Source of the DNA: a bacterium | GTDB taxonomy: Bacteria; Krumholzibacteriota; Krumholzibacteriia; LZORAL124-64-63 | Assembly (NCBI GenBank): GCA_031441465.1 | Contig: JANOEP010000066.1 | Span: forward strand, 94,132-158,131 | Direction: 5' to 3' | Length of the DNA stretch: 64,000 nt | Part shown: in pieces, positions 12,459 to 23,969 of the stretch | Layout of the letters: each line of letters begins with the position of its first letter | Numbering within the stretch: position 1 is the first letter of the stretch | Translations under genes and position numbers: made by a program | The notes under the pieces: model-generated | Databases searched by the model: none | What the model saw: only the letters and a program-made list of their open reading frames with translations | What the model was told of the DNA's origin: nothing

Positions 12459-13850
12459 CCACCCCGAACCCGGCGCGTCGCCCGTCGCTCGGCCCGCGGG
12501 GGCGCGGCGCCGGCTCGCGACGGGTGCCGCGATCTACCTGGCGGTGCTGGCGGCCGTCGGCCTCTCGCTGCTGCGGCTGCACGCCTCGGCGTCGGCGAGC
12601 CTCGAGCGGGCGCTGGGCGAGCGGCTGCTGGGCGTCGCGACGACAGCCGCCCACCTCGTCGACGGCGACTCCCTGCAGGTCTGGGCCCTCGACCCCCAGG
12701 AGACGCTCGAGTTCGTCTGGATGCGCACGCGCCTGCAGGAAGTCCGCCGCGAGAATCGCCTGAGCGAGCTGACGCTCTGCGACCGCGAGGGCTTCGTGCT
12801 GGTCTCGGCGGCCGACCGGGTCGCCCGCGGCGACGTCGACTATTACTGGGAACTCGACCCCGCCGCCGTGGCCTCCGCGCTCGGGGGCGCGCCCGAGCCG
12901 GGGTCGCTGGTGAAGGTCGGGGACGAGTATCAGAAGAGCGCCTTCGCGCCGGTGTGGACCGCCGACGGCCGGGTCGCCGGCGTGCTGTCGGTCGACGCGG
13001 AGGCCAAGTACTTCCGCGCCCTGGGCGACCTGCGGCGCGTGGCCTGGCTCACCGTGGTCGCCGTGCTCGCCTTCCTGACGGCGATGGCCCTGGTCGTGGC
13101 GAGGCTCGAGCGCTCCCTGGCCCGCGCCCGCGCCGCCGCCCAGCGCCAAGAGACCCTGGCGGCGATGGGGCGGATGACCGCGGGGATCGCGCACGAGATC
13201 CGCAACCCCCTGGGCATCATCCGCGGGGCCGGCGAGATCCAGGCGGCCAAGCTGCGCGAGCTGGGCGTCGAACTGCCGACGGCCGATTTCATCCCCGAGG
13301 AGGTCGACCGCCTGGACCGCATCCTGACCCGCTACCTGACCTTCGGTCGCGGCGGCGCGCCGCGGCCCGAGCCGCTGGACCTCGAAGCCCTGGTGCGGCG
13401 CGTGGCCCGGTTGGCGACGGGCGAACTGGAGCGCGCGGGCGTGCGCATCGACATCGAGAACCGCGGCGTCGGCGGTCCGGTGGCGGGAGACAGTCCCGGC
13501 CTGCAGCAGGTCCTGCTGAACCTGCTGCTGAACGCGCGCGACGCGATGCCCGGCGGCGGCGTCGTCACCGTCGTGCTCGAGCCCCGCAGCGACGGCGTCG
13601 TCCTGCGCGTGCGGGACGAGGGGAGCGGCCTGGGCGGCCGCAGCCAGGACGAGCTGTTCACGCCCTTCTTCACCACGAGGCAACAGGGGAGCGGCCTCGG
13701 CCTGGCGGTGGTGCGCCAGCTCGTCCAGGAGCACGGCGGCACGATCGCCCTGCGCGACCGCGACGACGGCCCCGGCGCCGAAGCGGTCATCGTGCTGCCG
13801 CGCGGCGACACCACGGCGGACGCCGGGGGAAGCGAGCAACCGGAGGAACC

Positions 13851-13866
<16 letters not shown>
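12448..13866 (+). CDS. sensor histidine kinase
   Basis: N-terminal TM region, H-box GIAHEIRNPLG, and an HATPase region (LLNLLLNARDA ... GSGLGLAVV). Confidence 0.8.
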
Positions 13867-15209
<1,343 letters not shown>

Positions 15210-15324
15210 CCGGAGGCGGACGGGTTGTACCTGTCGGGACGATGCACAAGCCCTACGCGAAGGCGATCCAGGTTCAACTCATTGTATGACAATGCGATGG
15301 GCGCGCGATGGTCTGGTGCCGGCC

Positions 15325-15340
15325 TGGCCCAATGGTTGCA
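15325..15340 (+). promoter_or_regulatory. sigma-54 (-24/-12) promoter TGGCCC-N5-TTGCA
   Basis: ctGGcccaatggttGCa has correctly spaced GG and GC elements and TTGCA at -12. It lies 40 nt upstream of the 15381 ATG and just downstream of the NtrC-like gene. Confidence 0.55.
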
Positions 15341-15380
15341 CCCGGACACTCGCCACCCGTCACCGACCAGGAGTGCCGCC

Positions 15381-16445
15381 ATGCCGACCGCCGCCCGTAC
15401 CGCCGTTTCCCACTCCCTCGTGGCCCGCCTGCTGCTCCTGCTCGGGGCGGCCCTCGCCGTGACGATGCTCCCGGTCGGGTCCGCCCGCGCGCAGACCGTC
15501 GATCAGGAGCAGGCGGCCGAGATCCTGCAGGTCACGGCCGACGTGCTCCAGGAAGTGGCCCCCCTGGTCCAGGAATCGCAGAGCGAGCAGGCCCGCCGCA
15601 TCTTCGCTGAGGCCCTGCAGAAGCAGCAGCAGGCCGGCGACCTGTATCGGGACGGGCGCTACGTGCTGGCCGCCCGCCTGTCGCTGCGCGCGCGGGAGAT
15701 GGCGCGGCAGGCGGCGCGGGTGACCGGCGCTTCGCAGGGCTATCAGGAGCGCGTCCAGCCGCGGCTCGAGCGCGTGGGCGACCTCCTGGACTCCGTGCGC
15801 GACCGCGCCCGCGAAGCGGGCCACGTCCAGGCGATGCGCTTCGTCCGCGACGCCGAGGACCTCGTCGTGCGCGCGCGGGAGCAGGCGCGCCAAACGCACT
15901 ACGAGCAGGCCTTCCGCCTGCTGGAGACCGCCGAGAAGATGCTCGGCCGCGCCGCCCGGTTGCTGTACGAGGAAGGCGACGGCGAACGCCTGCGCCTGGA
16001 GATGGAACGCACGGCCGACCTGATCGCCCAGGCCCGCGAACGCCTCGGCGACGACGGCGACCAGGCGTTGCGCCTGCAGCTCGACCGGGCCGCCGAGGAG
16101 CTGGAACGGGCCCACGCCGCTCTCGACCAGGGAGACCCCATGCGCGCGATGCGCGCGGCCCGCCACGCCCGCGAATTGGTGCGTCGGGCGCTGCGGCAGA
16201 TCGGCGGCGGCCCCGGAGCCGAGGTCGTCGAGGCCCAGAGCGACCGCTTCGACGCGCAGCTGCCCGCGGTCGCCGACGCCGTGACCGCAGCGGGTTCGAC
16301 CGAGGCGCGGCAGGCGCTCGAACAGGCCACCGAAGCGCGGCACCGCGCCGCTGTCGCCCTCGAGGCCGGCGACCGCGACCAGGCCCTGCGGCTGGTGCGC
16401 ACCGCTCTGGACCACCTGCGCCGGGCCGAAGCGCTTTGCCGATGA
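15381..16445 (+). CDS. hypothetical secreted Ala/Arg/Glu-rich helical (coiled-coil-like) protein
   Basis: Signal peptide MPTAARTAVSHSLVARLLLLLGAALAVTMLPVGSARA. The rest is low-complexity helical repeats. Confidence 0.5.
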   Translation: MPTAARTAVSHSLVARLLLLLGAALAVTMLPVGSARAQTVDQEQAAEILQVTADVLQEVAPLVQESQSEQARRIFAEALQKQQQAGDLYRDGRYVLAARLSLRAREMARQAARVTGASQGYQERVQPRLERVGDLLDSVRDRAREAGHVQAMRFVRDAEDLVVRAREQARQTHYEQAFRLLETAEKMLGRAARLLYEEGDGERLRLEMERTADLIAQARERLGDDGDQALRLQLDRAAEELERAHAALDQGDPMRAMRAARHARELVRRALRQIGGGPGAEVVEAQSDRFDAQLPAVADAVTAAGSTEARQALEQATEARHRAAVALEAGDRDQALRLVRTALDHLRRAEALCR

Positions 16446-17695
16446 CCCCGGCGCGCAGGCGCCTCGCCGCAGCACTGGTGATCCTCGCCGCCGCCCCCGT
16501 TCACGCGGCGAGCCTGCAGTGGACCGCGGCGGCGTCGCCCGGCTACGACACCTTCGTGCAGCGTTACGCGCTCGCGCTCGAGGACACCGTCGAGTCGGTG
16601 AGCGAGTTCGACCTGACGCTCAGCGCCGAGGGCCGCACGCCCGCCGGCAGCCGTCACGGCTGGACGGTGCGGCCGCGGTTGTCGGCGGGATCGGAGCGCA
16701 CGCGCGGCCGGCTCGACTGGGAATACGCGCTGCGGCCCGATGACCTCGCCCCCGTCCTGCGCGTCGCGGGTTCGGCCCAGGCCGTGCGCTACAACGACGC
16801 CACCACCTACAACCTCAGCAGCGATCACGCGGAGGGAACCCTGTCCGCCCGCTGGCAGTTCGCGCGCGGCGGGGCCGCGGCCTGGGAGGCGCGCGCGTCG
16901 GGGGCGGTGCTGCGCTACGCCGAGCCTTCGGAACTGGAGCCGCAACGCAGCGACTGGACCGCCGCGTTCGCGGCCGTCGCGGGCGCCGAGTCCGCCGACC
17001 ACTGGCGGGCCGGCTTGAAGTACGGGCAGCGCGCGTACCCCGACACCACCGAGATCGACCGCGCCACCCTGGGCCTTGACGTCGCCTGGTCCCACGATCC
17101 CCTCGAGGGGCTCGCCTGGCGTCTGGACGGGCGCAGCGAGCGGCGCCGGGTGCGGGTCAGCGCCGTGCGGCCGTCCGCCTGGAGCCACGCCCTGGATGGC
17201 GAGGCGTCGGCGCCCGTCGGCGCTTGGCGGGCCGTCGTCGCGGCCTTGCTGGAAAGCTGGCGCTACGACGACGAGTGGGGGGCCTACGCCGACCAGACGC
17301 GCCTGGAGACCCGGGCGGCGGTGCGCGCGGGCGGCGTGCTGGGGCCGCTCTGGGAGCTGGGAGCCGTCCGCGAGAGCCTGGCCTCCCACGCCGCGGGGGA
17401 GAGCTACCGGCAGTGGGGAGCCTGCGGCGCCGTGGAGAGCTTCGGCGAGGCCCTGACGCTCCTGCTGTCCCTGGAGGCGGGTCGCCGGGACTACGACGAG
17501 GCCGACGTGGACGACCTCCTGGGTGCCTTGTACACGGATTTCACCTACGTCGAGGTGGGGTTGAACCTGTCGTGGGCCCTCTCCGACCGCCTGCGGCTGG
17601 ACGGCATGGCCCAGTACCTGCCCGAGAGCCACGCCGCCGACGAGGACGACCAGAGCCTCGGGTTCGGCAGTCTGCGGCTGGGCTACCGCTTCTAG
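16436..17695 (+). CDS. putative outer-membrane beta-barrel protein
   Basis: Signal peptide followed by alternating beta-strand-like segments. It ends in ...LRLGYRF with a C-terminal Phe typical of OMPs. Confidence 0.5.
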   Translation: MPMTPARRRLAAALVILAAAPVHAASLQWTAAASPGYDTFVQRYALALEDTVESVSEFDLTLSAEGRTPAGSRHGWTVRPRLSAGSERTRGRLDWEYALRPDDLAPVLRVAGSAQAVRYNDATTYNLSSDHAEGTLSARWQFARGGAAAWEARASGAVLRYAEPSELEPQRSDWTAAFAAVAGAESADHWRAGLKYGQRAYPDTTEIDRATLGLDVAWSHDPLEGLAWRLDGRSERRRVRVSAVRPSAWSHALDGEASAPVGAWRAVVAALLESWRYDDEWGAYADQTRLETRAAVRAGGVLGPLWELGAVRESLASHAAGESYRQWGACGAVESFGEALTLLLSLEAGRRDYDEADVDDLLGALYTDFTYVEVGLNLSWALSDRLRLDGMAQYLPESHAADEDDQSLGFGSLRLGYRF

Positions 17696-17803
17696 GGCGG
17701 TCGCGGCCCGGCTTTCCAGGACGGACTTCGGATGTTATCTTGCGGCGGTCGCGGGCAGCCGGCCTGCGCCGTGCCTACGCGTGAGGCCCCCGAAAGGACC
17801 CCC

Positions 17804-19282
17804 ATGGCCGACATCACCATGCGCAGCGAGGACTACTCGCGCTGGTACCAGGACGTCATCGCCGCCGCCGAGCTGGCCGAGAACAGCCCCGTGCGCGGCT
17901 GCATGGTCATCCGCCCCAACGGCTACGCCATCTGGGAGAGCATGCAGCGGCAGCTCGACGACCGCTTCAAGGAGCTGGGCCACGTCAACGCCTACTTCCC
18001 GCTGCTGATCCCCAAGAGCTTCCTGGCGAAGGAGGCGCAGCACGTCGAGGGGTTCGCCAAGGAGTGCGCCATCGTCACGCACTCGCGGCTGATGACCGTC
18101 GTGCGCGACGGCAAGATCACCGTCGAGCCGGATCCCGCCTCGAAGCTGGAGGAGGAGCTGATCATCCGCCCCACCAGCGAGACGGTCATCTGGAACCAGT
18201 ACCGCAAGTGGATCATGAGCTACCGCGACCTGCCGCTGCTGATCAACCAGTGGGCCAACGTCATGCGGTGGGAGATGCGCACGCGCCTGTTCCTGCGCAC
18301 CACCGAGTTCCTGTGGCAGGAGGGGCACACCGCCCACGCCACCGCCGAGGAGGCGCGCGCCGAGACCCTGCAGATGCTCGAGTGCTACCGCTGGTTCGCC
18401 GAGGACATCCTGGCGATGCCGGTGGTCTGCGGCGCCAAGACCCCGCGCGAGCGCTTCGCCGGCGCGGTGGAGACCTTTTCCATCGAGGCCATGATGCAGG
18501 ACAACAAGGCGCTGCAGGCCGGCACCAGCCACGACCTCGGCCAGAACTTCGCCAAGGCCTTCGACGTGAAGTTCCAGGACGCCGCCGGCGGCCAGGACTA
18601 CGTGTGGGCCACGAGCTGGGGCGCCTCGACCCGCCTGATCGGCGCGCTGATCATGTGCCACAGCGACGACAACGGGCTGGTGCTGCCGCCGCGCATCGCG
18701 CACCGCAAGGTCGTGATCGTGCCGATCTGGCGCAACGACGACGAGCGTGCCCTGGTCATGGCCAAGGCCGCCGAGCTGCGCGAGAGCCTGCGGCCGGTCG
18801 CCGGTTTCGTGCACATCGACGACCGCGACAACATGCGGCCCGGCTGGAAGTACGGCGAGTGGGAGCGCCGGGGCATGCCGATCCGCCTGGAACTGGGCCC
18901 GCGCGACGTCGCCGAGGACAAGTGCGTCCTGGTCACCCGTCACGACGGGCAGAAGTTCCCGACGCCGCTGAGCGGTTTGGCCGAGGCGGTCGCCGGCCAT
19001 CTGGAGCGCATGCAGAGCGAGCTGTACGCCGCCGCGGTGGCGCGGCGTACGGCCAACACGCACCGGCTGGAGACCTGGGAGGAGTTCCTGGCCCTCTACC
19101 AGGGGCCCGGCGGCTTCGCGTATTGCCACCACTGCGGGCAGGACGACTGCGAGGCGGCGATCCAGGACGAGACCAAGGTGACGATCCGCAACATCCCGCT
19201 CGGCACGCCGGACGAGGCGGGAGCCTGCATCCGCTGCGGAAAGCCCAGCGGACGGCGGGTGCTGTTCGCACAGTCGTACTAG
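17804..19282 (+). CDS. proS: proline--tRNA ligase (archaeal/eukaryotic-type class II)
   Basis: Contains [18 protein letters not shown] and RPTSETVIW with a class II aaRS core. A C-terminal zinc-binding region with paired Cys (CHHCG, CIRCG) is present. Confidence 0.9.
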   Translation: MADITMRSEDYSRWYQDVIAAAELAENSPVRGCMVIRPNGYAIWESMQRQLDDRFKELGHVNAYFPLLIPKSFLAKEAQHVEGFAKECAIVTHSRLMTVVRDGKITVEPDPASKLEEELIIRPTSETVIWNQYRKWIMSYRDLPLLINQWANVMRWEMRTRLFLRTTEFLWQEGHTAHATAEEARAETLQMLECYRWFAEDILAMPVVCGAKTPRERFAGAVETFSIEAMMQDNKALQAGTSHDLGQNFAKAFDVKFQDAAGGQDYVWATSWGASTRLIGALIMCHSDDNGLVLPPRIAHRKVVIVPIWRNDDERALVMAKAAELRESLRPVAGFVHIDDRDNMRPGWKYGEWERRGMPIRLELGPRDVAEDKCVLVTRHDGQKFPTPLSGLAEAVAGHLERMQSELYAAAVARRTANTHRLETWEEFLALYQGPGGFAYCHHCGQDDCEAAIQDETKVTIRNIPLGTPDEAGACIRCGKPSGRRVLFAQSY

Positions 19283-19374
19283 GCGGGCCGGGCGGGCGCT
19301 TTCAGACGCCGCCGGCATTGATTATCTTGTGTCCCGGAGCGGCTTCGCCGCGCACCCCAACAGGAGACGGTGCC

Positions 19375-20280
19375 ATGCAGACCCCGTGGACGGATCAGAT
19401 GATCCAGGAGCGCATGCGGCTGAAGGTCGGCCTCGCCGAGATGCTCAAGGGCGGCGTCATCATGGACGTCACCAACGCCGAGCAGGCCAAGATCGCCGAG
19501 GAGGCCGGCGCGGTGGCCGTCATGGCGCTCGAGCGCATCCCCGCCGACATCCGCCGCGACGGCGGCATCGCGCGCATGAGCCAGCCCGCGATGATCAAGC
19601 AGATCCAGGACACGGTGTCGATCCCGGTCATGGCCAAGTGCCGCATCGGCCACTTCGCCGAGGCCCAGATCCTCGAGGCCCTCGGCGTCGACTTCATCGA
19701 CGAGTCGGAGGTCCTGACCCCCGCCGACGAGAAGAACCACGTCGACAAGTGGGCCTTCAAGGTGCCCTTCGTCTGCGGCTGCCGCGACCTGGGCGAAGCC
19801 CTGCGCCGCATCGGCGAAGGCGCCGCGATGATCCGCACCAAGGGCGAGGCCGGCAGCGGCAACATCGTCGAGGCCGTCCGCCACATGCGCCAGGTGCAGG
19901 AAGGCATCCGCCGCCTGACGGTGCTGCGCGAAGACGAGCTGATGCACGAGGCCAAGGAGCTGGGCGCCCCTTACCACATCGTGCTCCAGGTCGCCAAGAC
20001 GGGCAAGCTGCCGGTGCCCAACTTCGCCGCCGGCGGCGTCGCCACCCCGGCCGACGCCAGCCTGATGATGCAGCTGGGCGCCGAGACGGTCTTCGTCGGC
20101 TCGGGCATCTTCAAGAGCAAGGACCCGAAGCCCCGCGCCGAGGCCATCGTGCAGGCCGTCACCTTCTACCAGGACCCCGCGAAGCTGCTGGCGATCAGCA
20201 TGACCCTGGGCGAGCCGATGAGCGGCCTGGACATCGCGACCATGCCCGAGGACCAGAAGATGGCGGGGCGCGGCTGGTAG
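19375..20280 (+). CDS. pdxS: pyridoxal 5'-phosphate synthase lyase subunit
   Basis: Contains [35 protein letters not shown] and GSGIFKS, canonical PdxS/Pdx1 motifs. Confidence 0.9.
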   Translation: MQTPWTDQMIQERMRLKVGLAEMLKGGVIMDVTNAEQAKIAEEAGAVAVMALERIPADIRRDGGIARMSQPAMIKQIQDTVSIPVMAKCRIGHFAEAQILEALGVDFIDESEVLTPADEKNHVDKWAFKVPFVCGCRDLGEALRRIGEGAAMIRTKGEAGSGNIVEAVRHMRQVQEGIRRLTVLREDELMHEAKELGAPYHIVLQVAKTGKLPVPNFAAGGVATPADASLMMQLGAETVFVGSGIFKSKDPKPRAEAIVQAVTFYQDPAKLLAISMTLGEPMSGLDIATMPEDQKMAGRGW

Positions 20281-20303
20281 CAGCGATCGGTGAAGACACG
20301 CGC

Positions 20304-20339
20304 GCCCGGCCTGGCGATCGCCGGGCCGGGCTTTATTTG
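20304..20339 (+). terminator. GC hairpin plus T-rich tail between pdxS and pdxT
   Basis: Stem cccggcc, loop ctggcgatcgccg, stem ggccggg, followed by ctttatttg. Confidence 0.45.
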
Positions 20340-20404
20340 AAGGATCGTGCCGCACGTCCCTGATGTCAGGGACCGGCGGGATGATCGATCAAACCGGAGC
20401 ATCC

Positions 20405-20968
20405 ATGACCGAGCAGCCCGTCGGCATCCTGGCCCTGCAGGGCGACTTCGAACTCCACGCCGCGGCTTTGGTCCGGCAGGGAACGCCCTATCTCTTCGTA
20501 CGTCGGCCGACGGAACTGGCCGCGTGCCGTGGCCTCGTCATTCCCGGCGGCGAGAGCACGACGATGACCCGCCTGCTGGACATCGTGGGGCTGCGGCAGC
20601 CGATCCTGGACTTCGCCGCAGCCGGCAAGCCGATCCTGGGCACCTGCGCCGGGCTCATCATGTTGGCGGCGCGCGTCGACGAGGACGAGCGCAGGCACGG
20701 CGTGAAGCCATTGGGGTTGCTGGACGTGCTGGTGCGGCGCAACGGCTACGGGCGGCAGGTGGACTCGTTCGTGGACGAGGTCGTCGTCGCTGGGCGAGCC
20801 GACCCGGCGCAGGGCGTGTTCATTCGGGCGCCGAGGATTCTCGAGGTGGGGGCGGGGGTCGAGGTCGTGGCGACCTGGCGGGGGGAGACGGTGGGGGTGC
20901 GGAGCGGGAAGGTGACGGGGTTGGCGTTTCATCCGGAGGCGGGGGAGAGCGAAGCCTGGATTCAGTAA
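20405..20968 (+). CDS. pdxT: pyridoxal 5'-phosphate synthase glutaminase subunit
   Basis: Contains GILALQGDF, GESTTM and GTCAGLIM with the catalytic Cys. Confidence 0.85.
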   Translation: MTEQPVGILALQGDFELHAAALVRQGTPYLFVRRPTELAACRGLVIPGGESTTMTRLLDIVGLRQPILDFAAAGKPILGTCAGLIMLAARVDEDERRHGVKPLGLLDVLVRRNGYGRQVDSFVDEVVVAGRADPAQGVFIRAPRILEVGAGVEVVATWRGETVGVRSGKVTGLAFHPEAGESEAWIQ

Positions 20969-21025
20969 TTTCTCATCTCTGGCCAGCCGGGATTGATAAT
21001 TCCGTATCGATCGCTTTCACTTATC

Positions 21026-21034
21026 TGCTACAAT
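21026..21034 (+). promoter_or_regulatory. extended -10 element TGcTACAAT upstream of LVIVD paralog 1
   Basis: It lies in the AT-rich region 20970-21160. The block TCTGCTAcAAT..GCCATC.CTCGTG is conserved upstream of paralog 2 as well. Confidence 0.4.
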
Positions 21035-21161
21035 CATGCCATCACTCGTGTGACCCCTTGGTGGAGGACGATTTACGTCATTTGATGAACGGCCACGGCT
21101 CGCATTACTGACCTGACTTGATATTTCGGATACGGGACCCTTAGCAACAAGGGGTGCATCC

Positions 21162-23777
21162 ATGTTGGGACCATTTAGGCTCCTGTTCGCAATCGTTTGG
21201 GGAAACCGGTCCACCTGCCGCGAGATGCCGCGACGAGCATTGCCGGCACGATGGCGTGTGTGCGTGGTATCCGTTGCGACGATCCTGGGGGTATCGACCT
21301 TGCCGGGATCGGCACTGTCGGGTTGTTTCGAGTATGGCGCCACACCTCGAAGGATCGGTGTCTTTGATGTTGACATGAATCAGCGCGACATCGCCGTAGG
21401 CGGCAACTATACATATGTGGCTGACTCACAGATCGGGATCAGGATCTACGATATCAGCGACGGCCATGCGCCTCAACTCGTCAATACCTGGAATATGGTG
21501 ATGTCTCCTGAGACCATCTCGGTGGACGGTGGCTATCTATACATCGGTGGTTCGACATCCGATATTTACATTGCCAACATCGTGGATCCGGTCAACCCCA
21601 GTATAGTCGGTAGCATGGTCGGTCCAGGTGGCGGATTCACGGTATCGCAGGGGTATATGTTTTTTTACGCAGGGGATGGAGGTCTATTGATCATCGACGC
21701 AACAGATCCCACAAACCCCAAGATAGCAAGCCGTGTGGACCTGTCGTACGGCTGTATGGGCATTGCTGCTGATTACCCGTATGTCTGTGTCATGGACGGT
21801 TTCTGGTACATTAATGTCATCGATATTCATGATCCCTATAATCCAGTCACCACTTCATCTGTTGACTTGTATCAAACATGCCTCAGCTTTGATGTTCTAG
21901 GTGATCATTTATTCATAATGGAGGATAGAATCCTCAAGCGTTACAATATTTCCGATCCGTACCACCCGAGCTACAGTGGCAATGTCGATTTGTCTGTGCG
22001 AGCAAACAATGTATTGGCATACAGTTACGATAGGGCAATAGTATCTTATGGCGCGAGTTTTGGCACGTATGGCAGTATCTGGTCGATCAATTTTTCCAAT
22101 GCCGCGCCATTCATGGTCGATTGGAAGATCCCCATGGCCATGCCGGCTCTTGTCGTGCAGGCTGATAGCTCGCGAGCGGTTGTACAGGAATATTCGTCGC
22201 ACATGGCGGCGGATAGATGGAGGTCGCAAATCGCCATCGTCGACATCGACGATGATGTTGTCTCGCCGCGCCCGGGAACCGACTACATCTCGTGGACGAT
22301 ACGTGCAGACTTGGCGGTGAATGGATCTTCTGCATATGTAAATCTCGGATTTGGAATCGGATTAGTCGATGTGACTGATGCCCTCGCTCCTTTCTACGTC
22401 AGCTATATCGGCATGCCGGAGTTGTCTGCACTGGCCGTGGATGGGGCGCTGATTTATGCCGCGTGCGCAGACAGTCGGTTGTATGCGATCGATGCAGGCA
22501 GTTTCCAGGAGCCAGTAGTATTGGGCAGCATCGACCTCCCTGGCGTGCCGACTGGATTGTCAGCCGAGTGCGGTGCCGTTTATGTCGCATGTGGCGGCGA
22601 CGTCACCGTCGTGGATGTTGCAGATCCGGGGGCGATGGCGGTGACTGGTACTGTGGTGACGCCCGGTGTGGCGGCCACTCTTGTAGCAGTCGGTAGTTAT
22701 GCATATGTGGCGGACGGTGCGGCGGGCTTGCAAATCATTGATGCGTCCGTACCTCAACATCCAGAAATCATCGGCCAGGTGGCGGCCCTTGGTATTGCGA
22801 ACAAAGTCGCAGTAGCGGATTCTTGCGCGTATGTTGCAAACGGCAGAGATGGGTTGCAGATCATCAATATCGCCGACCCGCTCGATCCGTATCAAACTGG
22901 AGTGTTTGTCGAATTTACAAATGTCGCCGATATTGCTGTTTCTGATGAATATGCATACTTGGCGTGTGGCGAACATGGAGTGTACGTAGTCGACGTAACG
23001 GACCCATTGGAGCCCAAGTTCACGGGAAGAGCATGGACGCAGGGCGATGCAGTGGGGATTGTGGTTGCCAATGACGTCGTGTATTACATCGATTCTGGCG
23101 GATATATCAATATTATACCGAGGCAATGCAGCGGCAGCGTGCCGGTGATGATGGCGGCATTCATGGCTGAAGAGATCGACGGCGGATGCGGCCTAGACGA
23201 CGGGTATGCGGGCGATGCTGCACAGACAAGACAGATCCGTGTGACTTGGCGGTTCGAGGAGCCTCTGGCAAGTAGCCGCCTCAGGCTCGAGGCTGAAGCA
23301 GATGACGCAACGTGGAGCATTGCACTGGGTGCGCCATCTGATAACAGTTTACTGTGCGAGTTCTTTGTTGATGACTGTGTGCCCATGACAATGAGTGGAA
23401 GATCAATTGTCTATCGTCTCCAATACTTCCGGAATGCCGGCGGTTGGGAGGAATTGGGAGAGACGTCGGTCGAATTGCTTGATCTGGCCATGCCCGGCGC
23501 CAGGGTGCCTGCATTGTCTGTCTGTCCGAACCCCTTCAACCCGAGCACGCAGGTGTCGTACGAGATGGCGCGCCCCGGGACTGCGCGGGTGACGGTCCAC
23601 GCACTGACCGGCGCGCTGGTGCGGGTGCTGGCGGACGGGCCGCAGACCGCGGGAGCGCACTTCGCGACGTGGGACGGCCGGGATGGGCGGGGGCGCGAGA
23701 TGCCGGCAGGCGGGTACGTGGTGCGGATCGCGACGGAGGCGGGGACCGGGGCGGTCAAGGCGGTGCTGGTGAGGTAA
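21162..23777 (+). CDS. LVIVD-repeat beta-propeller protein with a C-terminal FlgD-Ig / Por-secretion-tail-like sorting domain (paralog 1)
   Basis: 871 aa. Probable start at 21225 (MPRRAL...SGC, lipoprotein-like signal). Has approximately 40-aa periodic repeats (G.Q..D.S.P..P..). Confidence 0.75.
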   Translation: MLGPFRLLFAIVWGNRSTCREMPRRALPARWRVCVVSVATILGVSTLPGSALSGCFEYGATPRRIGVFDVDMNQRDIAVGGNYTYVADSQIGIRIYDISDGHAPQLVNTWNMVMSPETISVDGGYLYIGGSTSDIYIANIVDPVNPSIVGSMVGPGGGFTVSQGYMFFYAGDGGLLIIDATDPTNPKIASRVDLSYGCMGIAADYPYVCVMDGFWYINVIDIHDPYNPVTTSSVDLYQTCLSFDVLGDHLFIMEDRILKRYNISDPYHPSYSGNVDLSVRANNVLAYSYDRAIVSYGASFGTYGSIWSINFSNAAPFMVDWKIPMAMPALVVQADSSRAVVQEYSSHMAADRWRSQIAIVDIDDDVVSPRPGTDYISWTIRADLAVNGSSAYVNLGFGIGLVDVTDALAPFYVSYIGMPELSALAVDGALIYAACADSRLYAIDAGSFQEPVVLGSIDLPGVPTGLSAECGAVYVACGGDVTVVDVADPGAMAVTGTVVTPGVAATLVAVGSYAYVADGAAGLQIIDASVPQHPEIIGQVAALGIANKVAVADSCAYVANGRDGLQIINIADPLDPYQTGVFVEFTNVADIAVSDEYAYLACGEHGVYVVDVTDPLEPKFTGRAWTQGDAVGIVVANDVVYYIDSGGYINIIPRQCSGSVPVMMAAFMAEEIDGGCGLDDGYAGDAAQTRQIRVTWRFEEPLASSRLRLEAEADDATWSIALGAPSDNSLLCEFFVDDCVPMTMSGRSIVYRLQYFRNAGGWEELGETSVELLDLAMPGARVPALSVCPNPFNPSTQVSYEMARPGTARVTVHALTGALVRVLADGPQTAGAHFATWDGRDGRGREMPAGGYVVRIATEAGTGAVKAVLVR
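23526..23777 (+). repeat. conserved 3' sorting-domain cassette (copy 1 of 3)
   Basis: About 95% nucleotide identity to 26310-26561 and 28972-29224. The sequence ccgaaccccttcaacccgagcacgcaggtgtcgtacgag... recurs. Confidence 0.7.
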
Positions 23778-23832
23778 CGGTACCTCCATCGCGCTGATTC
23801 CAGATCATTCTCTTTCGCACCGACTCCCGCTC

Positions 23833-23841
23833 TGCTAGAAT
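23833..23841 (+). promoter_or_regulatory. extended -10 element TGcTAGAAT upstream of LVIVD paralog 2
   Basis: tctgctagaatgtcgccatctctcgtg matches the conserved block seen at 21024-21050. Confidence 0.4.
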
Positions 23842-23969
23842 GTCGCCATCTCTCGTGCACAAACCCGACGGAGGGTGAGCCTCATCATCTGGCTATCGAC
23901 CGGGGATCCTATCCCAAGTCAAATGTGATGTGCCGATGACCGTGACCCTTTGCACGAGGGGGCCGGACC

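Noticed and set aside
12954-13850. N-terminal 299-aa extension of the NtrC-like ORF
   Set aside because: It is an out-of-context Arg/Pro-rich translation overlapping the histidine kinase gene. The receiver domain and a proper start (ATG 13851, coupled to the HK stop) begin downstream.
18064-19374. Upstream 437-aa extension of the pdxS reading frame
   Set aside because: It is antisense or out-of-frame overlap with proS. PdxS homology starts at MQTPWTDQ (19375), preceded by aggagacgg.
19283-19374. Possible terminator after proS (ggcgggccgggcgggcgctttcagacgccgccggc)
   Set aside because: The stem is imperfect and there is no U-tract. Evidence is insufficient.
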